Assembly (NCBI GenBank): GCA_020636645.1 | Contig: JACJXO010000010.1 | Location: 814 to 64,813 of the forward strand | Direction: 5' to 3' | Length of the DNA stretch: 64,000 nt | From: Chitinophagales bacterium | GTDB lineage: Bacteria; Bacteroidota; Bacteroidia; Chitinophagales; BACL12 | Shown: in pieces, positions 56,892-64,000 of the stretch | How the letters are laid out: every line of letters begins with the position of its first letter | Numbering within the stretch: the first letter of the stretch is position 1 | Program-made: the position numbers and the translations under genes | Notes under the pieces: model-generated | The model's input: the letters and a program-made list of their open reading frames with translations, nothing else | What the model was told of the DNA's origin: nothing | The model's database searches: none

Positions 56892-58019
56892 ATGAGCAAA
56901 CAGATAGTTGTACTGGGTGCCGGCATGGTAGGACGTGCCATGGCCATTGACCTGGCAAAGGATTTTCAGGTGACCAGTGCCGATATAAGCCGGGAGAATC
57001 TGGACCTGCTTCTGCCCTTTGGTATCCATACCATTCAGGCTGATCTGTCTGATGCTGCTGCCATTCAGGAATTGATCGCTGCTGCAGACCTTGTGATAGG
57101 AGCGGTACCCGGATTCATGGCATTCAGAACCCTGCAGACCGTTATTGAAGCAGGGAAGAACATATGTGATATTTCCTTTTTTGATGAGGACCCTTTTCTG
57201 CTGGATCAGCTTGCAAAAGACAAAGGTGTAACTGCCATCATGGATGTGGGTGTGGCACCCGGAATGGACAATATCCTGCTGGGATATCACCATCGGCGGA
57301 TGCAGGTGAACCGGTTCGTTTGTCTGGTGGGCGGACTTCCCAAACACCGACAGTGGCCATATGAGTATAAGGCTCCCTTTTCCCCCATCGATGTACTGGA
57401 AGAATATACCCGCCCGGCCCGATATGTGCAGGATGGAAAGGAAGTGGTCATGCCTGCGCTCAGCGAACCGGAGCTCATGGAGTTTGCAGAAGTGGGTACC
57501 CTCGAAGCTTTCAACAGCGACGGACTGCGCAGCCTGATACGCACCATGCCCGATATTCCGAACATGATTGAAAGAACTTTGCGCTATCCGGGTCATATCG
57601 AACTGATGCGGGTATTGCGGGAGACAGGGTTCTTCAGTAAAGAAGCCATACTGGTGAAAGGGCAGGCAATCCGACCGATAGACCTGACCTCGCAACTGCT
57701 GTTCCCGATGTGGAAACTAGAGCAGGAAGAAGAAGAATTCACTGTGATGCGGGTCATCATAGAGGGAACAGAAAACGGTTCACATCGCACCTATACCTAT
57801 GACCTGCTGGATCGTTATGATGCCGCAACGAAGACTTCCAGCATGGCACGCACCACTGGCTATACCTGCACAGGGGCTGCCCGCCTGGTGTTGAATGGCA
57901 TGTATGATAAGAAAGGGGTCTTTCCGCCGGAATTCCTGGGTGAAGAGGAGGCACACTTGTCTTTCATGCTGGAACATTTGGCTCAACGAAACATACATTA
58001 CCGGCAACAGATCAGCTGA
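56892..58019 (+). CDS. saccharopine dehydrogenase family NAD(P)-binding protein
   Basis: VVLGAGMVGRAMA Rossmann motif, and family-typical length. Confidence 0.8.
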   Translation: MSKQIVVLGAGMVGRAMAIDLAKDFQVTSADISRENLDLLLPFGIHTIQADLSDAAAIQELIAAADLVIGAVPGFMAFRTLQTVIEAGKNICDISFFDEDPFLLDQLAKDKGVTAIMDVGVAPGMDNILLGYHHRRMQVNRFVCLVGGLPKHRQWPYEYKAPFSPIDVLEEYTRPARYVQDGKEVVMPALSEPELMEFAEVGTLEAFNSDGLRSLIRTMPDIPNMIERTLRYPGHIELMRVLRETGFFSKEAILVKGQAIRPIDLTSQLLFPMWKLEQEEEEFTVMRVIIEGTENGSHRTYTYDLLDRYDAATKTSSMARTTGYTCTGAARLVLNGMYDKKGVFPPEFLGEEEAHLSFMLEHLAQRNIHYRQQIS

Positions 58020-58065
58020 TCAGGTTTTCACAGATATGACCGAAAGCGAGTATATTCGGTTTACC

Positions 58066-61000
58066 ATGAAGCGCCTGTTGTCAGTACTTTGTTTCTTACT
58101 TTTTTATTGCGCCGCCCTTCGGGCACAACTTCCTGATCTTTATTTTGAACAGATCACTACCCGGAATGGACTGTCCAACAACAGCATAACCTGCTTGTTT
58201 GAAGACAGCCGGGGCTTCATCTGGATAGGTACCCGCTTTGGCCTGAACCGGTATGATGGCCAGACTTATGAGCATTTTTTGAAATCAAATCAGAACAGGA
58301 ATTCCATTTCCGGCAACTATATAGTTCGTGTACTGGAAGATCAGGATGGGATCATTTGGGTGGCTACAAAAGATGGCGGCCTTAACCGCTTTGATGAGCA
58401 GGCAAAGGAAGGTTTCAGGTGGACCGCACTCATGGAAAGCACTGATAACAAGACCGGGTTGCCTTCAAACCGGCTTACAGATATTGTCATGCTAAACGAC
58501 TCCGTTTTGTTGCTGACAGCAGAGGTCAATCCCTTGATCCTGTTGCACACAAGGAACATGGAGTTTAGATACATCGCTCCTGCTAAGAATGTGACTGATG
58601 CTGTACTGTCCGTTCGATGGGATGATGCAGGATCTGAAATCAAGGATCCTTTTTGGATACATAGGTTCAAAACTTTCAGAGGGCAGATTTTCCTGTCTCC
58701 CTTAAAACCTGGTCCGGTAGCCGCAATAGATGCTACTGGCAAGCTGGTGTTGAGGTTCCGTGATCTGCCATGTACCACCATCGCAGAATTTTTACCGGAA
58801 GGAGATAGTCTCTGGGTCAGTGGATGGAAAGGCGGTTTGTTTCTGCAAAGAAACTCCGGCACTGGAGATGATCCGGTGATCACAGAAGTTTTTGATGCGG
58901 AAGATCAGATCAATTGTATCGAATCATTGGATGATCATACGCTGTTGTTGGGAATGAACAGTACCGGAGTGGCACTGCTTGATAAGCGGACGATGAAGTC
59001 CAGATTTTTCATGTCAGAAGTGAACAATGCATATTCCATTCCCGGTAACAGGGTACTGGCAATGATGATAGATCGCAATGGCATCGTCTGGATCGGAACA
59101 ACAAAGGGGCTGGCCAGATACAATCCGGCCCAGTGGAAGATTCATGCTGAGTTACTTCCGTATGACGAAGCCAGAGACATCAGTTATTATTCAGTCTTCA
59201 CAGAGTCATCAGGCACTCTGCGTATCTGCTCAAGCGCAGGGATATTCAAAAAAGAACCGGCAGATGCTTTCTTCAGAAGGGTAGAATTAGACTTTAAAGG
59301 CCAGGCCATCCAGGTAACAGGTATTGTACAGTTGTCTGATGGCAGATTCATGCTATCATCAGAGCAGGGTTTGTTCTGGTATGACCCTGTGAAAGAGCAG
59401 TTGTCTGACTGGATACCGTCTTTAGTGTACCTGAGAGACACTGTGATCATCAACAGATCACATTATAGCAGGATTGCCTTTCAGGTGAGAAGCCCGGTCG
59501 TTTATAAGGATCAGGACAAGGAGTTCGTACTGGCAGCAGTTATCGGATATGGTTTACTTGTATATGATGTCAGTGATAATGTTAATTATTTTCTGGTAAG
59601 GGATGAAAAGAATCCTTTATCATTTGGAGACGGCCTGCTGCTAAATGTAGCTATTGATAAAGATCGTCAGGTATGGTTGGGCAGTACTCAGGGTTTATAC
59701 AGGTGGCGTAGTGAAGAAGGGCTTGTGAACAACTTCGACCGCTTTCTGCACGATCCGGATGACCCGGCAAGCATACCTTCAAATTATATCACATCCATCA
59801 TCTCTGATCCTGAAAAAGGTGTCTGGATCACCACACCTGATGGATTGGGTAGGTTGGTAGATGGAAGCTGCCAGACCTGGCTGCCAGGCAATGACCTGCA
59901 CCGTGTCATGCTGGGAGGTCTGTACGATCAGGGAAAGGTGTGGGCTGCTGTATTGGAAGGGTTCGAGATATTTGATGTAAAACGGAAAACATTCAGATAC
60001 CAGGGTATTCCCCATGAATCCTGGTACCCAAGTGCACCACTGGGGATCATCAAGTTACCAGACGGCCAGTTTGCCTACGCAAGCGGAAAGCATTTTCTGA
60101 CCTTTCATCAGGATGATCTGATTGCAGATCGCAGTTTCCCTGATGTGTTTATTAAAACATTGCTGGTTCAGGACTCTCTGATCTATCTGAAGGAATATCC
60201 TGATCGTATTGTCCTTAAGCACAACCAGAATTTCGTTCAGTTCAATTTGGCTGGTATTCAGGTTCGATATCCGGGTTCACTGAAGATCAGGTACAGGCTA
60301 ACTGGACTTGAGGAGAATTGGACAGAATCATCTGTCACATCATTTATCAGATTTACAAATCTGACTCCGGGCAGCTACGCCCTCGAAGTACAGGTGACCA
60401 ATCCGGTAGGTGAATGGAGTGAGACGAATACATTATACCTGTTGGACATTTCAAAACCCTGGTATGGAACCTGGTGGTTTTACGGCTTGTGTCTGGTCAT
60501 GTCACTATCTGTTTTCAGGCTGATCATCTTCCTGAGAGAGAGAAGCAGATATCAGATCGAGATGATCAGAAACAGGATAGCAAACGATCTGCATGATGAT
60601 GTGGGAAGTGCATTGAGTTCTATTCATCTGTACAGCGAAGTGGCACATAATCACTCACAGAAGAACCAACAGGAACTGCGGAGCTTGTTACAGAAGATCT
60701 CTCATGCCAGCCTTGAAATGCAGGAGAATATGGGACATATTATTTGGAGTCTGCAGCCCAGAAATGCCCCTGCCGGGCAGATGGGAGCCAGATTAAGGCA
60801 ACTGGCAGGCGAGATGCTTGGCGCCGCCAATATCAGATTCACTTACGAATGGGATGATAACCTGGGCAGCTTGCATTTATCACCAGTGCAGCGCAAAGAA
60901 TGCTATCTTATCTGTAAAGAGGCGCTTCATAACATCATCAAGTATGCAGCCTGCACCAAAGTGACCATCCGTCTTTACCGTAAATCAGAATCGATGTGTG

Positions 61001-61179
61001 TTGATATCAGTGATAATGGCAAAGGATTTGACAAGGAATCGGTTCAGTATGGAAATGGATTGTATTCGATGCAACAACGGGCAGAATCACTCAAAGGATC
61101 ACTGAAAATAACAAGCCAGCCAGGCGACGGTGTGTTGGTCAGCTTATGTTTTCCGGCCGGAACCCGCAAGATCTGGTAG
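58066..61179 (+). CDS. sensor histidine kinase with periplasmic two-component-regulator propeller and Y_Y_Y domains, HisKA_3 type
   Basis: GLSNNSITCLFEDSRGFIWIGT propeller repeats. YRLTGLEENW...LTPGSYALEVQ. One TM. DLHDDVGSALSS H-box. GNGLYSMQQRAESLKG. Start moved to MKRLLSVLCF. Confidence 0.88.
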   Translation: MKRLLSVLCFLLFYCAALRAQLPDLYFEQITTRNGLSNNSITCLFEDSRGFIWIGTRFGLNRYDGQTYEHFLKSNQNRNSISGNYIVRVLEDQDGIIWVATKDGGLNRFDEQAKEGFRWTALMESTDNKTGLPSNRLTDIVMLNDSVLLLTAEVNPLILLHTRNMEFRYIAPAKNVTDAVLSVRWDDAGSEIKDPFWIHRFKTFRGQIFLSPLKPGPVAAIDATGKLVLRFRDLPCTTIAEFLPEGDSLWVSGWKGGLFLQRNSGTGDDPVITEVFDAEDQINCIESLDDHTLLLGMNSTGVALLDKRTMKSRFFMSEVNNAYSIPGNRVLAMMIDRNGIVWIGTTKGLARYNPAQWKIHAELLPYDEARDISYYSVFTESSGTLRICSSAGIFKKEPADAFFRRVELDFKGQAIQVTGIVQLSDGRFMLSSEQGLFWYDPVKEQLSDWIPSLVYLRDTVIINRSHYSRIAFQVRSPVVYKDQDKEFVLAAVIGYGLLVYDVSDNVNYFLVRDEKNPLSFGDGLLLNVAIDKDRQVWLGSTQGLYRWRSEEGLVNNFDRFLHDPDDPASIPSNYITSIISDPEKGVWITTPDGLGRLVDGSCQTWLPGNDLHRVMLGGLYDQGKVWAAVLEGFEIFDVKRKTFRYQGIPHESWYPSAPLGIIKLPDGQFAYASGKHFLTFHQDDLIADRSFPDVFIKTLLVQDSLIYLKEYPDRIVLKHNQNFVQFNLAGIQVRYPGSLKIRYRLTGLEENWTESSVTSFIRFTNLTPGSYALEVQVTNPVGEWSETNTLYLLDISKPWYGTWWFYGLCLVMSLSVFRLIIFLRERSRYQIEMIRNRIANDLHDDVGSALSSIHLYSEVAHNHSQKNQQELRSLLQKISHASLEMQENMGHIIWSLQPRNAPAGQMGARLRQLAGEMLGAANIRFTYEWDDNLGSLHLSPVQRKECYLICKEALHNIIKYAACTKVTIRLYRKSESMCVDISDNGKGFDKESVQYGNGLYSMQQRAESLKGSLKITSQPGDGVLVSLCFPAGTRKIW

Positions 61180-61213
61180 AAGATCAGAAATATGAATGAA
61201 TTAATTTAGGATC

Positions 61214-61855
61214 ATGAAGGAGATCAGGGTAGCTCTGTTTGACGATAATGACATCCGGCGGGATGGAGTGGAGTTATTGCTGAAAACTACCGAGGGATAT
61301 GTCTGCTGCGGATCCTATGAACATGCCGGCAACCTCGTGGCAGAGCTCCATGATGCACAGCCCGATGTGGTCATCATGGATATTGATATGCCGGGAATTG
61401 ACGGAATTGAAGCGGTCAGGATACTGAAGGGGGCTTTCCCCAACCTCCCGGTTATGATGCAGACTGTCTTTGATCATGATGAGAAAGTTTTTGAAAGCAT
61501 CCTGGCAGGAGCCACAGGTTATTTGTTAAAGAAAACACCACCGGTCAAGTTACTGGAGGCCATCAGTGAGATGCATGACGGAGGTGCGCCAATGACACCA
61601 GAGATAGCCGCCAAGGTCCTGGCCTTTTTTGCAAAACAGAACACCCCGGAACCTGCTAACAGCATCGACCTTACAGAAAAAGAGAGTGCTGTATTACGCG
61701 ATCTGGTAGAAGGATTCAGTTACAAGATGATTGCTGAAAACCAGGGCATCAGTTACCATACCGTCAATTTCCATGTGCGCAACATCTACAGGAAACTCCA
61801 TGTGCACAGCCTAGGTGAGGCAGTGTCCAAAGCCATACGGGAAAAGTTGATTTAA
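61214..61855 (+). CDS. LuxR/NarL family response regulator
   Basis: REC domain (DVVIMDIDMPGIDG) plus LuxR HTH (LTEKESAVLRDLVEGFSYKMIAENQGISYHTVNFHVRNIYRKL). Confidence 0.92.
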   Translation: MKEIRVALFDDNDIRRDGVELLLKTTEGYVCCGSYEHAGNLVAELHDAQPDVVIMDIDMPGIDGIEAVRILKGAFPNLPVMMQTVFDHDEKVFESILAGATGYLLKKTPPVKLLEAISEMHDGGAPMTPEIAAKVLAFFAKQNTPEPANSIDLTEKESAVLRDLVEGFSYKMIAENQGISYHTVNFHVRNIYRKLHVHSLGEAVSKAIREKLI

Positions 61856-61931
61856 CACGTTTTTAACCGGTACCTGCAAGAATTAGTAGTATGGCAGGAG
61901 CATGGATACCGATAGATTTGGGATTCTGTTT

Positions 61932-64000
61932 ATGAAACCCAAAATGAAAAACATGCGCCTACCAATCCTGCTGTCTGCGATACTGATCGCAGCACCGATA
62001 TTATCTTATGCCACTACTATTGCTGAGACCGAATCCAATAACACTTCAGGTACTGCTAATGCAGTGGCTGTGAATGACAGCGTGACCGGCTCTGTGCTTG
62101 GGGCAGATCTGGACTTTGACTGGTTCTCATTCACAACCGCTGAAGATGGTATCATCCGCATTAATTACGCTATTACTGGATCGGGTCATGCTAATATATA
62201 CCTGCTGGACAATGACGGTACAACAATACTGTCCAGTGCAACTGTAGTTCCGGCTGGAACTACGGCATCATTTCAGTACAATAAGGCGGCGGCTGGCGAC
62301 TACTTCATGCGAATTCAGTACTACAGTGCCGCAACAGATTGCAGCTATGAACTGGTGCCCGAGGTCATAACGAATGGTTATGGTCAGGATGCTGAACCAA
62401 ATGATGTATATACAGATGCTTTGGTGTTGGCAGAAAATAGTTCAGCAGACGGCCATTTAGGTTACCGCTATAATGGTGGCGCACTGGATCAGATAGACTG
62501 GTACCAGGTCACCACGACAGAAGATGGTAATCTGAATGTGACGCTGGATATTGAACCCAGTTCCTATTTTAATCTATCCATTTATGATTCAAATGGAGTG
62601 ACTTCGCTGGGCTCAGCTTCAGCTTCTGATCTGGTTAGCGTTACCAGAAATGGTGTAGCTGCCGGTGTGTATTATATCCGTGTACACTATTATTCAACTA
62701 CTTACTACGGAGGATATACACTCACAAATTCACTTACATCCACAGGTATCCCTAACGATGCAGAACCAAATGATGTCTCTACTCAAGCACTTGTTCTGCC
62801 TGAGAATGGAAGCACACAGGGGCATATTGGTTATCGGTATAATGGAGGAAGCTATGACGAAGATGACTGGTATGAACTTACAACCACCAGCGATGGTGAT
62901 GTGACAGTTTCATTAGCTTATTCTGTTGGCATGTACCACCGGCTATACCTGTATGCTGCAGACGGAGTGACCAATCTGGCTTCAACTGGGGGTTATGATT
63001 CGATCTCTGTGACAAAGGCCGGACTTGCTGCCGGTACATTCCTTGTACGGGTAGAGCACTACTCAACCACTTATTACAGCCCTTATACATTATACAATGC
63101 AGTGGCTATGACAGAATATGACAATGACGCTGAGCCTAATGATGTATATACAGATGCCATGGTTATGGATGAAAACAGTACCATGTATGGACATATCGGT
63201 CACCGGTATGATGTGGGTGGATTTGATGAGGATGACTGGTATCAGGTAGTAACGACCCAGGACGGTACACTTACCATTACTGCTGAAAATAATACAGGGC
63301 AGTACCATACCCTTACACTTTACGATTCCAACGGAACAACGAGCCTGGGTTCCAATAGTGCTTATACAACCCAAACGGTTGTTCGGAAAGGACTGGCTGC
63401 AGGTACATACTATATTCGCATGTCACACTATTCAACTACCTATTTCAGTGGTTACAGCTTGACCAACCTGGTCACCCCACCGGCTGAAGCAAATGACATG
63501 GAAGACAATGATTCAATACCGGTAGCACAGCCTATGCTTACCAATTCATCTGCGGAAGGTCATATAGGATTCCGCTATAACGGAGCTACCTATGATGAAT
63601 ACGATTACTATGAGTTAGTGCTAAATCAACCAGGAGACTTGTCTGCTACCCTGACCTTTGATCCTGTCATGTATCACAGGCTATATCTCAAGAGTAGCTC
63701 CGGAACCAACCTTGACAGTGATGAAGCCTATGGCGAGTGTCAGGTTTCAGAAACCGGGTTGGATGCCGGAACATATTATATATTGGTTGAACATTATTCA
63801 ACTACCTATCACAGCGGATATACCCTTACCAACAATTACTGTCCGGATACCGTGGTCATTATGGCTGAAGGAATCACTACCTTCTGTGAAGGAGAATCTG
63901 TGTTATTGTTTACGGAAGATCATCACCTGTCATACTTATGGAGTGATGGCTCTACTACAGAAACCAACGCTGCAGATATTACAGGTGGTTATTCACTTAC
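61932..64000 (+). CDS. secreted protein with five tandem PPC (pre-peptidase C-terminal)-like domains; 3' end runs off the window. Absent from the supplied ORF track.
   Basis: Frame 0 is open from 61890 to 64000 in my hand translation. Signal peptide MKNMRLPILLSAILIAAPILSYA. Repeating AEPND...GHIGYRYNGG..DEDDWY...GTYYIRV.HYSTTY..GYTLTN units. Alternative in-frame starts at 61902, 61944 and 61953. Confidence 0.8.
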   Translation, partial: MKPKMKNMRLPILLSAILIAAPILSYATTIAETESNNTSGTANAVAVNDSVTGSVLGADLDFDWFSFTTAEDGIIRINYAITGSGHANIYLLDNDGTTILSSATVVPAGTTASFQYNKAAAGDYFMRIQYYSAATDCSYELVPEVITNGYGQDAEPNDVYTDALVLAENSSADGHLGYRYNGGALDQIDWYQVTTTEDGNLNVTLDIEPSSYFNLSIYDSNGVTSLGSASASDLVSVTRNGVAAGVYYIRVHYYSTTYYGGYTLTNSLTSTGIPNDAEPNDVSTQALVLPENGSTQGHIGYRYNGGSYDEDDWYELTTTSDGDVTVSLAYSVGMYHRLYLYAADGVTNLASTGGYDSISVTKAGLAAGTFLVRVEHYSTTYYSPYTLYNAVAMTEYDNDAEPNDVYTDAMVMDENSTMYGHIGHRYDVGGFDEDDWYQVVTTQDGTLTITAENNTGQYHTLTLYDSNGTTSLGSNSAYTTQTVVRKGLAAGTYYIRMSHYSTTYFSGYSLTNLVTPPAEANDMEDNDSIPVAQPMLTNSSAEGHIGFRYNGATYDEYDYYELVLNQPGDLSATLTFDPVMYHRLYLKSSSGTNLDSDEAYGECQVSETGLDAGTYYILVEHYSTTYHSGYTLTNNYCPDTVVIMAEGITTFCEGESVLLFTEDHHLSYLWSDGSTTETNAADITGGYSL
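62025..63840 (+). repeat. five tandem ~121-codon PPC-like domain repeats
   Basis: Repeat starts at 62025, 62388, 62754, 63120 and 63483, a period of 363-366 nt. Confidence 0.8.

Noticed and set aside
1-64000. tRNA, rRNA, tmRNA or riboswitch genes, and transposase/integrase genes bordering the AT-rich blocks.
   Set aside because: No cloverleaf-like T-arm motif and no conserved rRNA stretch was seen in any intergenic gap over 100 nt. No ORF shows DDE, tyrosine-recombinase or serine-recombinase motifs. Small structured RNAs cannot be excluded without covariance-model scans.

Overview
A 64-kb chromosomal segment that looks like Bacteroidota. The evidence is many Por/T9SS type A sorting tails, one gliding-type (type B) sorting tail, a PorV/PorQ-like barrel and leader-poor, tightly packed operons. 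The backbone is roughly 52-60% GC (hand counts on sample stretches). It carries ordinary housekeeping genes (mutL, two rhomboids, cysS, obg, adk, hpt), an arsR-arsM-acr3 arsenic operon, a TetR-SDR pair and a propeller-type histidine kinase with a LuxR-type regulator.

Embedded in this backbone are markedly AT-richer blocks (about 33-42% GC) that encode only secreted or T9SS cargo proteins: 1-1800, about 13790-21125, 25180-25700 and 61900-64000.

The most unusual locus is the cargo array at 13.0-21.4 kb:
- An SBBP-repeat gene whose only good ATG is out of frame across a 7/8-nt tandem repeat that itself encodes the signal peptide.
- A decayed paralog and a 5'-truncated SBBP fragment.
- Three diverged BNR/Asp-box propeller paralogs that all end in the same GC-rich 266-bp block (T9SS sorting domain, stop codon and a conserved hairpin). 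The copies are about 95% identical.
- Behind the first propeller gene lies an orphaned AT-rich sorting domain. Removing the 266-bp block puts it back in frame.

The second candidate for an undescribed system is a + strand cluster at 32.2-41.2 kb. It holds three cobalamin-type radical SAM enzymes, two methyltransferases, a glycosyltransferase, a membrane di-heme cytochrome c and a Pol-beta-type nucleotidyltransferase-like protein. I cannot assign a product.

A long open frame at 61932 to the window end is missing from the supplied ORF track because it has no stop codon in the window. It encodes five tandem PPC-like domains.

I found no rRNA, tRNA, CRISPR array, transposase or integrase. All homology calls rest on motif recognition by eye, repeat coordinates were hand-indexed, and no database search was run.
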